64,000 nucleotides of DNA from Podarcis melisellensis. Lineage: Eukaryota. Below the pieces are notes generated by a model. That model did not search any database and was not told where the DNA came from. It saw only the letters and a list, made by a program, of their open reading frames with translations. Position 1 is the first letter of the stretch, and every line of letters begins with the position of its first letter. Where the stretch lies: the NCBI GenBank assembly GCA_964234715.1, contig OZ174289.1; one strand, given 5' to 3'. Below, one piece after another: positions 36,981-49,555 of this stretch. Both the position numbers and the translations under genes were made by a program.

Positions 36981-38834
36981 CTGTGTTAATGGCAGACCTT
37001 TAACCATGGCTTACCAGGATGTGTTTCATGCAGCCATGGACTAGTAATGATAGCCATTGCTATTTCAACATAAAACCCAAAGGAGCAGCACACAGGTGAA
37101 TTAAAAAATTATGCATAGCACATGCAGAATAAATTTCAATTAATTAAGATGGGGGAAAAAATCAAAACAAAGGTAAGTAAAAATGTTACTGATTATGCAT
37201 AATTTTCCCTTTTCCTTGTAGCTTGAAGAAGAAATCAAATTTAGCCACAGCCCTTATATTGTTTGTTTTTGTCCAGCATTTTATAAAAGCTAATCCATAT
37301 AGAAACAGGTTTGCTCTCAGTTAGCAAAACTTTCCTGAACAAAATCTGCCTTTCAACTTTGTACAATGCTTATTTATGGGGAACTCTAATACCTAAGTTC
37401 ATCACAGTTTTACACATTTGTTTTAAGGCTCATGCAACACAGTCCTTTTCTGACGTTTGTTATAGTTTTTGCATTCTATGAGTGTTGTTAATTTATCATC
37501 ATCATCATCATCGCCATTGTCATCATCAAAATCTACACCCCGCCTTTCTGTAAAAATATCAATGGAAGCTTAACATTTAGAAGTACACAAAAACAGTTAC
37601 TATAATCTAGTTGATTAGTTGTACAAACCAACTCCAGACCCTGGTTGAAAGGTAATTGCAATAACGTGTGGTGCACAAGAGCGTTTTCAATTTAAGCAAG
37701 AGTGCTAAGGTGATAGTAGAAATAGAAGAATATGAACTTCTCCATATGGGAGGGATTGCAATGTTCACTATGGTTCACTAAAGTGGCTTGGAGTGTTGGA
37801 AGCAAATTGAAAAATAGACCTTCCAGTATATGTATACCTGTTGGCACTGTTCCATGTTGTCCTTTTCAAAAAAGAAAGAAAAGTTACCCTGCCAGTCTCT
37901 AAATCCTAGAGTGGTGTTACTTGTGGTACATATTACAATTTTGCAGAGATTGTTCTTCTGTTTTAGGTTGATAAATACCGCACCACCTCCACCATTAACT
38001 TCCAAGATGGTTAATTCATTTCTCTTCTGGTGTGGTTAAGTTGGCTATTTGTCCAGCTCATGCAGGCCAGATTTTTGGAGATGAGACTTGGGGCACTTCT
38101 ATGAAAGCCAAGAGCATGGAGCCCAAATAGCCTGCCCCATGATAATTCAGCCTACACTGAATAGCTTTGTTGTTCTGTCAGGCTGAAGTGCTGCAGAATG
38201 TAGGCAGGCAGAATTTCCCCCATCTCTTCAGTCTCCTGCCTAAATCTTGATTTTCCCTAAGGCCAGGCTGTTAATCCAGTGGTAGATACTCCAGGCCTAC
38301 TGCTTTCTCTTTGACTTGGATAGCAGGGTCCACAAGTGGACGATGGGTTTGTGTACTCTGTTTCCCTTCCACCTGTCAGTTCCCTCAAGTTATGCTGCTC
38401 TCCTCCTTTCAGTCCTCCTTACTAATTGAATCAGCTACCCTGAGTGGCAAAGGAAGAATTAAGATATTTACTCTTCCTTGACCCGATGGTGGGCTTCCTT
38501 TTTCTCTTTGCTGCTCTAGCAATTACTTGGCATTTACATTACAGTAATTCCCTGAGCCCACAATTCTCTTTGTGCTGGGTTTTGTATGTACTGCGTGCAC
38601 TTGGGAATCTTTCATTGGGATTCTTTTGTTGTGAAAGAAAGAAAAAACTGGCAAAGTAAACAAATACATAGAGTGGCAGCTCCCGTTCTCGTGAGGAGTA
38701 GCGGGCTATTCAGTGGGTTCAGCTTTTTCTTATTGTGTGTTGAATTCATAAAATAGTGTGTGTAGGCTGACACCTTATCAGCCTAGAGGATTTGCTGTGG
38801 AACGTTGCCAAGATGCAAATCAAGTTGTGGTAAC

Positions 38835-38978
38835 ACACACCCTTTTTGTGCAGAAGGTATAAGGTTTAGTTCTTGGTGTCTCTAGCAGGTGACAAGAAAG
38901 ACCCTTCTCTGCCCGAGAACCACTGCCAGTTCGTAAAGGGCTAGTCTGACCCTGGTATAAGGCAGGTTTGCATGCTCC
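38835..38978 (+). mobile_element. Old tRNA-derived squamate SINE (…ctgccagt…gtataaggcag tail)
   Basis: tgtgcagaagg…ccactgccagt…tctgaccctggtataaggcagg; related copies at about 53280-53466 (+) and 62718-62819 (-). Confidence 0.55.
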
Positions 38979-40052
38979 GTCACAATTCTCCTGACAAGAT
39001 CTCTTTTGATACTCTGCATTTTTGAAGTATTTGGTAAAAAATATGTTGGCCATCAGTTTAAAAGATGTGTGCCTTGCCTGTTTCTGTGCAAAGGGATGGT
39101 CGGCTTCCTCCTCTTTCAGTAAACGTGTCCTTTGCAAGGCTCTCCAGTGTTTCACTTGAATAACATGTCTAAACTATACAGTACAGATTCCTTATTTTAG
39201 CACTAAGACTTACAAAGGCTTCTTTTAGCAGCCTTTAATTTTGTACTTATGTATGGGAGATAGCCTGTGGCTGTGATATCTACTGTGGATCTGCAGTTGT
39301 TTGGGGATGAAAGAAGGCAGCAGCTGGAAACTCGGTAGCTACATCTAGCCATCTACCTCAAGAAGGCCTTGATTTTCGAGTTTATCTAAACAAGCTCGAC
39401 TAATCCCAACTATCTGGGGGGATCCACTGTCAAAACAAGCAGCATGGCCCTAAGGCAAACACAACCATACAGAAATGAAGGCTGGGACTTCTAATACTCC
39501 AACGACTGCCTATTGGAGGCCTTTTCTGCTTTTTCTGAGAGACTGTAGGAGAGAGGTAGCATTTGCATAATGCCTTTTTATTGGGAACTTTTGGAAAGCT
39601 GACAGAGGTCCAGCTTATAGCTCTCAACCACAATGCAGAGTCTATAGGAGAATCCTTGAATGACCTAACCATATTGGGAAAGGGGGAGGGGGATGAAAGC
39701 GCCTTAGTACAGCCAAGGGAGGCGGGCAGGAGGGGGCCGTGGCAAGAGAGGAAAGGGGGGGTTGCTGCATTGTCTAACATCTGCTCTCCTTCTCGTTAGT
39801 TTTGTTCTTTGCTATTCTATGTGGACTTTGGAGAAACCTAAGACAGCCAAACACGGATCCTATAATCTTCCTTCTGAATATTTATGCAAGGAGCCAGCCT
39901 CTAAGCCGCCCTTCGCATCCTCCTTTCTCCATACTCCCATTTTCATGCTTTCAAATGAGGCCAACTTTTCAAAAGCTTAAATAACTGTTTGTGGATGTTT
40001 ATAAAAAAGATTTGCATTAATTTGGTTTTATTTGGCAGATCAGTGTTATCAT

Positions 40053-40180
40053 NNNNNNNNNNNNNNNNNNNNNNNNNNNNNNNNNNNNNNNNNNNNNNNN
40101 NNNNNNNNNNNNNNNNNNNNNNNNNNNNNNNNNNNNNNNNNNNNNNNNNNNNNNNNNNNNNNNNNNNNNNNNNNNNNNNN
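40053..40180. other. Assembly gap (N-run)
   Basis: Direct observation. Confidence 1.
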
Positions 40181-40537
40181 GGTGGGGAGCAGGATTCTCA
40201 CCTGAAGGAAGCAGGATTGTTGATTAAGAGGGTGAAGTTTATTGTGATATTTAGCGAGCTTGCCCTTGAGAGGCCAAATGATGATTTTTGGGAATCGTTA
40301 TTCCTCATTGCTTGGTATAACGGGAGTCTTCTGAAGACTAGTTTCCAGGAGGATTTGAATACCTGCAGGAAACGTTCCCAAACTTTCTCTGCATTGCAGA
40401 GTTAGAAGACAAAATGACAAAAGCTTGTGTTTTGAAATGCAAGGATACCTAGTACATACTTTTTTCTCAGCTCATTTATAGCTGCCTATACTGAAGGTGA
40501 TATTCCTACCTACTTGGAGAAGACCAATTGAAATTAA

Positions 40538-40915
40538 AGTTACCTAAGAGCTGACTCTATTCTGAACTTAAAAATGGGAAGCGTAATGGTGGTGGTCAAC
40601 AAAAGAGGTTCAAAGACTCTCTCAAGGCAAATCTTAAAAAATGTTGTATCAACACTGACAGCTGGGAAATTCTGGTCTGTGAGTGCTCCAAAGTTGTCAT
40701 GGGTTTTGAAGACACTTGAACTCAGGACGAAAGGGAGAAATGCGCCAAGAGGAAGGAACCCTCACTGTGATCAACTCCTGCCCGGAAACATATGTCCCCA
40801 CTGTGGAAGGGTGTGTGGATCCAGAATTGGCCTCCACAGTTGCTTACAGACTCACTTTTAAAACTGTGTTTTTGGAAGACAATCTTACTTGGCCACGAGT
40901 GATCGCCAAAGAAGA
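40538..40915 (+). mobile_element. RTE-clade LINE 3' end (not Bov-B)
   Basis: LYSELKNGKRNGGGQQKRFKDSLKANLKKC..INTDSWE and a terminal zinc-finger-like CPHCGRVCGSRIGLHSCLQTH. Confidence 0.85.
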
Positions 40916-43646
40916 CCACGATGTCAAAATCAGCTTGCTCAGTACATTTAGCACTCTTGCATATTTTGTGGGTGCTGTTTTATTTATTCAGAGTATTTAT
41001 AAGCTGCTTTTTATTTGTAAAGGAAAGGTGTGTGACACTAGTGTAAGACACTATGACGACAAACGCATAGATAGATTTAATCATCTCAGTGGTTCTTTCC
41101 CTGTAATTTGGTCTATAAACTGGGACTAAAGGAATCTGAACTTTCAGCTTTCCATTGTGTGTATGTATTTTCAGCGCAGCATTAATTATTATTTATTAAA
41201 TTTGAATTTAATTTTTTACTAGTGCTACCGAGAAAGTCTGAATTTTAAAATTATGTTTGAATTAAGTTAGCATAATGTTTTATGTCTGTGTTTAAATCCT
41301 GTATGGCTGAGAGAGAGGTTCCCTTTCCCCTCTCTTTGCATGTGAATGCCATTAAAGGAACAAGCCGGAGCTATTTTTTTTTCCTCTGGCACAATTTTTT
41401 TCTATCACATCTGCTATGTCTGTGTCCCAAGAGGAGAAGCACAGAGCAGTGAATTCAGCCCAGGCCCATTATCTCCTGCTTTTGCCTATGTTGCATAAGG
41501 AGCAGGACCTCTGGGAGGCTGGGACTTTCCTCCTGTGTAACGTCCAAGCCAGATTTGAAGGGTTGGTGGCCTTAGGGGTGGATTTGACGAAACAGGCACA
41601 ATCAAGTTAAAAAAAAAGTCAGGGGTTATCGAAACTGATAATGAACGGGCTTCTTTCCCCACCCCGCTTACCAGACAGTAAATAGTTCCCCATCGGTGTG
41701 CTACTTTTGGATTTCTGATTTTAAATCCATACATCTCTTGCTTTGCTTACAAAACTTCCCTCTATATTTTGAGATTCTTTCCCCCCATGTGGGGCAATTG
41801 GGCCTTTCCACTAAAAGGATTTTCATTACCCTTTACTTAGCTTCTCATTGCTCCTGCAAGCAAGATGAAATATGTGTGCCAGTGTTCTCCCTCTGTGTTG
41901 CTCTAATTGTGCACAAAGTTAAAAGCTCGATAGTTTGGGGTACAATCAGCAAGCAACTTTTGTTTATTACAATACCATGTTTCTGAAGCATTATTTTTAA
42001 ATAGTCTTATTTTCAGCTGCAAATAACAGGGAAGAACTATGGCCTACTTTCATTAAAACAGCAACGGCTCCTTAACACAACGGGACTTCCCAAATAACTT
42101 TCTTGTTTCATAATCTGCTTCTTATATATCCACTTTGTCACAAAGCCTCCCCTTTTTGTACGTTGTTCATAACTGAGCGATTTACTGTTTGACTGGTGTC
42201 TTTCACAGAAGGAAACTGTCTGGGTCCGCCCCACAGCAAGTGGGTTCTCTGACTGAGCTGCTTCTTCACACTCTCTAGGGATGACTTTTGCCACTCCCTG
42301 CCTTGCCAGTCCAGTTGCACCTTCAAGCAGTTTTCCTTTCTGTGAACTCCTCAGCTTCTCCTAAAGTGGATTAGATGGTCCATTCATGGGGGAGCAAGTT
42401 GCCTCCTCATTGACAATATCTCCATAGACATTGTCTTTGAGCGAGCTGCTGCGTTATGAAAGCTTGAGGAACCTGGGCCAGCATGGGGGGGGTGCCAGCC
42501 AACCATCTTGAGGGCACTCTGCATGTTTATATCTTTCCATGACCCCCCAGGTTTCCTCTTCCCAGTTAAGTTTCCCTGAAATCAGTTTGGAAGCTGGCCT
42601 TGGAGGCCCCCTTTAAAACACCAGCGCAGTTGTACAGGCAAGAGGGAGGGCTTAAAAGGACTGCTGGTCTCCCACGCCAGCCTTATTTTGAAGTTTTACA
42701 TTCAGGGGCACATCTGATGTTATCAAGCAAAGGGAATTGTGTTGTGATTTTGTAAGCTGCCCCCGAACTGAAGCAGCTGAAGAGTGGAGTGTAAATATTT
42801 TAAATAAACAAATGATTGGAAGAGAAGCTCCTTAGACACTTGTGATGAATGTGGTGACTTCTAGGAGCGTAGGAAGTTACTTTATACAAGCCCAGTCTTG
42901 CCTGTTGGCTAAGGCAGTGGTGAAGAGTTTTTCCAAGCTCTGCCCCTTCATCCTTCCTCCTTCTCCTCTAAACTGGATATGCCATCGGTTGGAACTGGGC
43001 AAAGCACATGTCCTGTCACTTGGCTCTGGTTCCATTCACTTTCCTCTCCATCTGATTCTGGCCCTGTATCAGATTTGTGGTCTTGTTAAAGATGAGTCAC
43101 AACCACCCAGCTTATTTGCCCAGAGGATGAGCAATATGAGCAGTAGGCATTTGTTTAAAGTCCCATGTCCTGGGTCCCATCCACTGAAATAATTGGTAGT
43201 GAGCTGTGATTATGCAGAGATGAGAGAAATGTGTACCACCAAGTGTTGCTGTTGTGTTGCCTTGGTGTGCTCATGGTGCAGGTTGTATTGTCGAGTTCCA
43301 GCACTGAAAACAGCTTTTGGGGTTGAGTCCTGGAAGCTTTCGGCTGCCAGCTTGTTAGCTAGTTGTTCTTCAAACAGAATGTCTTCCACCTCAAAACTAT
43401 TGGTAGCCATTGCCCTGCTGGTAAACAGCATAGGACCCACTTGGGGGGAATTTGCTTTGCTTTAGAAAAAACTTCTTTTGTTCTTATTGCTAACAGTGGA
43501 TTTCCAAAGGGCAGAGAAAGGAGTCAGGTGAGGAGTTGTTTTCTTAGATCAGTAAGAGAGAGTTTTTGAGTATATGAGTGTCTCGAGGGAAAACCGCAAC
43601 AGGAAGGATTGGAGTGTGGGGAGAAAGACAGAATGTGACCCATATA

Positions 43647-43895
43647 CAGTGGTACCTTGGGTTACAGATGCTTCAGGTTACAGATGCTCAGGTTACAGAC
43701 GCTTCAGGTTACAGACTCTGCTAACATAGAAATAGTATCTCAGGTTAAGAACTTTGCTTCAGGATGAGAACAGAAATCGCGCACTGGCGGCAGCAGGAGG
43801 CCCTATTAGCTAATGTGGCGCTTCAGGTTAAGAACAGTTTCGGGTTAAGAACGGACCTCCAGAATGAATTAAGTACTTTACCAGAGGTACCACTC
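43647..43895. mobile_element. Tc1/mariner (Tigger-like) MITE
   Basis: TA|cagtggtaccttgggtt … agaggtaccact(c)|TA; inverted copy of the 9633 family. Confidence 0.92.
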
Positions 43896-44175
43896 TACTC
43901 ATATGTGGAACTGCTTGAAAAATGTAAGTTCTGCCCCAAGGGAGAGTAAGGGACTGGGTGGGCACAGGAGACAGACAGGTGTTGTTGGAGGGTTGGGCTT
44001 GAGCTTGCCTTTCTTTTGGCTTCTCTGGCATTCACCACCATATGTTGCTTTAACTATAATACTAGATTGTAAAGTTAAAGTCTGAGCCTCTGAGGCAGGA
44101 ACTTGATCTACATCAATTCTTCCTCCAGAGTGTGTATGTGTGGAAAATATATTTGCACAGTACATGCTACAAAAA

Positions 44176-44415
44176 GAGCCAGTATGCTGTAGTGGTTAAA
44201 GCATTGAACTAGGACCTGGGAGACCAGGGTTCAAATCCCCCACAAGCCTACTGGGCGACCTTGGGCCACTTACTCGCTCTCAGCCTAACCTACTTCACAG
44301 GGTGGTTGCTGTGAGGATAAAATGTGGAGGAGGAGGAGGAGGAGAGTGGCACATGCCACCGTGAGCTCCTTGGAGGAGGGCTGGGTATAAATGAAATAAA
44401 TAATAAAATAAAATA
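44176..44415 (+). mobile_element. tRNA/CORE/L2-tail SINE, full length
   Basis: A box tgtagtggtt, B box ggttcaaatcc, CORE-like gaccttgggccacttact…ctcagcct…cacagggtggttgctgtgaggataaa, (aaata)n tail. Confidence 0.85.
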
Positions 44416-45289
44416 TTCTGGGTAGAGGGTTAGGCCTGAATATGTGAAGCTTTGTTCAGGTCTCCACTCAGTTCTGAAATGGGCTGGGGGAACCTTTAGT
44501 GTGTCTCTTTCTCTCTTGTCTCTCTCATCTATTCCACTGGGTGTGTGAATGATGCTTGGCCTCCCCCTGGAATAACAACAACAACAACAAAACAACAATA
44601 GCAGCAACTCCTGCCTCAAATTCCTTGGGCTGTAAAAGTGAGTAAGTAATGAGTTGTTTCTTGGTGCCCCTGTCTGGTGGCCGGAGTGGGGCAGTCCCTC
44701 CCCAAGGCTGCCCCCTTCTCCCTTGGCTACTTTACAAGACAAGGGAACTGCCTTGCTGCCCTTGTGACTCATTTATTTTGAAAACTTTGGTGTTGAAACC
44801 AAACTTAATCAATGAGTGCTGTGTTGTCGCCAATAAGTTACACATTTTGCTGGATCGATGAAGAGGGATTTTAAAAAGCCCATGTGGGGTTTATAATGTC
44901 AGCAGTATTTTCATTATGAAAAGAATGGGAGTTGGGGGTTGGGGGGGGGCCTTGTCTGAGCCAGGTGGCAAATGTCCTGGAGCCAGCGGTGAGGCGCTTT
45001 CCTGGAACCCCCCCGGGACACGGTTCATGCCCTGCGCTTTAACGGCAGGGACTGGCGGATATGGATTCACTCTCTTTCTCCTTTAATGCTCATTAAAATG
45101 TTAAAAATCAAACTGCATACAAAAAAGATTTGTGAAAATACAAACTTGGAGATTGATCCAGAAAGCAGGCACACTCTGCCCCTGGGACCCTGAGCAGCAG
45201 CTACCGAGGTGATTTGCAGTGAGGTGATTTGCATCTTCTCAGCTGCGTCCTGGTTCCTGGGCTTTGTGTATGTGTCTGTGCTTTCTCTC

Positions 45290-45420
45290 NNNNNNNNNNN
45301 NNNNNNNNNNNNNNNNNNNNNNNNNNNNNNNNNNNNNNNNNNNNNNNNNNNNNNNNNNNNNNNNNNNNNNNNNNNNNNNNNNNNNNNNNNNNNNNNNNNN
45401 NNNNNNNNNNNNNNNNNNNN
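45290..45420. other. Assembly gap (N-run), probably a CT/TG microsatellite
   Basis: Ns flanked by ctctc and tgtgtg. Confidence 0.95.
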
Positions 45421-45688
45421 TGTGTGAGGGGAGGCATGTTCAGTTTTTGTCACATGGAGGCACCATGAATCAAAGCAAAGATGAATGTGGTTTCTTGTTT
45501 CTATCTCCCTGAGGTTACCATAACAAAGCAAAGTTAGCCGTAGGAAAGGTGTGGGCATTGGCATGAGCCTGTGCTTCAGAAGAGAAGCTTGTATACCTGC
45601 ATGTACAAAGGTGGACCCTCAGGCCCCAAACAATGCAATGCAATGGGGGGTGGGATAATGAGTTTTATAAAAGCACACAGCTATGGAG

Positions 45689-45899
45689 TTTGTTTATTTA
45701 TTACATTTTTCTTCCCAGGAGTTCAAGGTAGCATACATGGTTCACCTTCCTGCTGACTTTGTCCTCACAACAACCCTGTGAGGTAGGTTAGGCTGAGAGT
45801 GAGTGCCTGGCCTGAGGTCACCCAGGGAGCTTCATGACTGAGTTGGGATTTGGCAAACCAGGGTTCAACACTGTTAACCACGGCATCACCCTGGCTCTC
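45689..45899 (-). mobile_element. tRNA/CORE/L2-tail SINE
   Basis: tcctcacaacaaccctgtgaggtaggttaggctgagag…ggtcacccag = reverse complement of the 44176 family. Confidence 0.85.
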
Positions 45900-46848
45900 A
45901 GTTGAAGGGCTTGTATGCAAATCTGTTGAGGAGGTGAAGGCGTGATGTGGGGGAGACTCCTGCTTTGGTAGCGCATGGCTCTTGTAGCCAGGTGTTACCA
46001 CTGCACCTTGCCCAGTGCAGCTGGCAATGGTGCCAGGCCCCCCACACCCGCTCAGCGGCTTCATAATGAGTGAGTGGAGGGTATTATTAAATATGAACAT
46101 AGAGTTGGCATCACAGACTTGGGAGATGAGACCTACAGAGCTTATAGGTTGTGGTTTCTCATGTTCTCTTGGCACCATGTTTGGTTTGGCTCACCCTAAG
46201 CCATTAAAATTCTGTATCCCACCCACTTAGAAAAGCTCTGGCTGAGTAACACTCCCTGCCCCACAGAATGGCAGGAACACAGCTGTGCTTACTCACTTGA
46301 AACGGTAGTCACGTGGTGCTTCACAGACCTAAAATATTTAATGGTGGTAGCTCTCCTTGTTGGAGCCGCTTTGTGCTAAAAGCAGTCAGGCTTAAAATGA
46401 GTGAACCTGAAGATACTTCATGCTAATCACCAACTTAACCTCCACCATCATCAGCCCAAATGAACACAATGACTTGGAGTGTTCCCATCTGATGCTCAGT
46501 CTGTGTTGAGTTTCTAGTGGCAGGAATTTCCAGAGCTGTAGAACAGCTGCTGACAGCGTGCCTTGATCTCAAATAGCACCGCTCTTTGGAATTGTGGGCT
46601 CTTCAGAAGAGAAGGTATATTGAGTTCTGTACTGCATGGGCTTCGGATTGATTTTGGAATTACATAGACAGTTAAATGAACAGTCCAAATCTCTGCCAAT
46701 TTTGTTGACAGCAAGTAGGTGGGAATATCCATGTGCCTTGTTTTCCACATGTCCCTGCTTTCAAACCAGAAAGCCTACCTTTGTGGCTTTGGGGATCAAT
46801 TCCTAACATAGCTAAGATAGGATTGAATCAGTTCTGCACAGTTGTGAC

Positions 46849-49275
46849 TAGGGCTGGTGCTCTCATCAGGCCAACTGGGCAGCCGCCTGGGGTGCAGACC
46901 TCAGAGAGTAGACGCTGTACTGACCTTTGAGGGGCATAGTTTTATACAGATTAGCTTTTGTTGAATCTTATAAATTTCTGATAATATTTTACTTTTATTT
47001 TATATTCTGAAGAATATTGGAATGCTTGATTGCTTTTGCAAAATGTGGCATCCAGTGGCACAGCTGAAAAGTTGTACATAGCTAGCAATGGACATTTGTT
47101 TGTAGAATATCTATCCCTTTTGATCTCATCATGAATGACCATTTGTGCAGTGCTGAAGATAAAAAAAAAATGGTTCACCATGTAGGAAAAGATATCCCAA
47201 ATGAGCTTAAACAGCTTGCAGCAGGTGCTATAAAGCAGAAAATGTTAGTGCATGCAAAGTAAGCCAAATACAACTCAGTTATTCTGGACTGCACACCTGA
47301 TGTTAGTCATATTGAACAAATGACAATGATTGTATGCTATGTTGATGTAATAAAACCATTAGATAATGAGATGTCTGAGCCTGATGTTATCGTAAGAGAA
47401 CATTTTTTGGGATAAAGGAGACTACAAGTGCCTTTAGGACAGAAACTCTTCTTGGACAGCTTGAGCAAGTGGGATTACCAATTGAGCATCTGTGTGGTCA
47501 AGGTTATGATAATGGGAGTAACTTGAAAGGCAAATTGTGTACCAAAGAAAGTCCTGGACATAAACCCATGTTCCTTTTTTGTGCCCTCAATGCACACTCT
47601 TTACACTTGGTAGTCAATGATGCTGTTGTTGTCTGGAAGCAACTAGTTTCTTCAGTTTGGTTCAACAGATGTCTAATTATTTCTCTGCATTGACCCAGCA
47701 TTGGCAAATTCTAACTAGCTGTGTATAGCATAAATGTTAAGCCATTGAGTGAAACAAGATGGGAGAGTCAGATCGATGCTCTGAAACCACTGAGATATCA
47801 TCTTGGTAATATATATGATGCTTTAATAGAGATCTTTGAAAACACAAGCCTAAAAGGTTTTTCTGGAAATATGTATTGAATTGAAGCTTGCTGTTGCAAT
47901 TTGTAAGTTCAAGTTTGTGGTATTCCTTGTTACATGGTACACCACCCTTTTTTGAAGCCAATCTTATAAGCAAGCTACAACAAAATAAGGAAGCTGATAA
48001 AAATTCACCTACCAGTCAGTTGCAAGTGACCAAGAATTTCCTTGTGGGCTGCAGAGGTGATGAGGGTTTTCAACAAGTTTTGACAGATGCTACTGAGATT
48101 GCAATATGGGGACGCGGGTGGCGCTGTGGGTAAAACCTCAGTGCCTAGGACTTGCCGATCACATGGTCGGCGGTTCAAATCTCCGCGGCGGGGTGAGATC
48201 CCGTCTTTCGGTCCCAGCTCCTGCCCACCCAGCAGTTCAAAAGCACCCCTAAGTGCAAGTAGATAAATAGGGACCGCTTTATAGCGGGAAGGTAAACGGT
48301 GTTTTTATGTGCTGCGCTGGTGCTGGCTCGTCCGAGCAGCTTCGTCATGCTGGCCACGTGACCCGGAAGTGTCTGCGGACAGCTCTGGCCCCCGGCCTCT
48401 TAAGTGAGATGGGCGCACAACCCTAGAGTCGGACACGACTGGCCTGTACGGGCAGGGGTACCTTTACCTTTACTGAGATTGCAAAGAAACTAGAAATTCT
48501 CTCAACCTTTGAGGACAGAACAAGTTAGAGAAAGGAGAAAGAAAGGGTAGTTTGAGGAGGAGGCCCAAGAAGAGACCTCAAGATCCAACACAGAAATTCA
48601 AATTCTGCTATGCTGACTTAGACATGACCATACAATCTATTGAATATATTCCCACAGCCACAGCAATGTGATTCCTTCTTTGGCTTCCTGTATGATATTT
48701 ATAGTGTCAACAAAAAATCTACTGAAGATGTACTTAAGGCTTGCAATGATTTGGAAAAATCACTGATGCACAATGGAAACAAAAGATACTGGTGCTGAAG
48801 GTCTGAGCAATAGCCCAATATTTCTGTTGCTCTAAGGATCCTTCTCACACTTCCAGTGTCAGTGGCAAGCAGTTTCTCAAAGCTCAAACATAAAAAAACT
48901 TAAACATGCTTAACAATGTTGAGAAAGAGACGAGTTCGCTTGGCAGCTACTAAAAGTTGAACGTGCCCAAGCATATGCTTTTGACCTGAAGGAATTGGTG
49001 ACAAAATTTGCAAAGGAAAAACTTAAAGAGACTTAAATTTACAAGATTATTCAAAATGATTTATGTGCTAAAACGTTTTCTTTTGTATTTCATACAGATA
49101 ATCAAAGTTGTATTCCTTATTCTTGCAATTTAAAATAAACATAACAGTTTAAACTTTTGTATTCTTCATTTTCTCTACAGGATGCCTGGTTTTGAAAATT
49201 GAAGTTAGTATTTTCGGGGTGTGCGTGCAAGGGATTAGCTTTGCCTAGGACACAAAATAGCCTGGCACAGACATT
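46849..49275 (+). mobile_element. hAT (Tip100-like) autonomous-type fossil with decayed transposase (about 47170-49030)
   Basis: Motifs [48 protein letters not shown], and hAT dimerisation PNISVALRILLTLPVSVAS; left end tagggctggtgc; right end approximate. Confidence 0.9.
48108..48470 (+). mobile_element. Sauria SINE (second subfamily) inserted in the hAT fossil
   Basis: 14-bp TSD tactgagattgcaa (48091-48104, 48471-48484); gagtcggacacgact Bov-B-like end; (accttt)n tail. Confidence 0.95.
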
Positions 49276-49365
49276 AGGACTGGGCGAAGTGTCAATGCAC
49301 TGATCAATACTAGTTTGAAGTCCACCTTGTGGTCCTGATTTCGTAATATTTGACGTGGCAATGTA

Positions 49366-49555
49366 CAGTGGACCCTCGGGTTACGTTACCTTCGGGTAAC
49401 GTAACTTTCGGGTTGCGAACGTGGCAAACCTGGAAGTCTATTCTTCCGAGATTCACCGCGCACGCATGCACAGAAGCAGCTCCTCTACTTGAGGATTTTT
49501 CGGGGTATGTACAGAACCCTGGAACGAATTACATTCGTATCCAGAGGGTCCACTG
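49366..49555. mobile_element. Tc1/mariner MITE
   Basis: TA|cagtggaccctc … gagggtccactg|TA. Confidence 0.88.
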
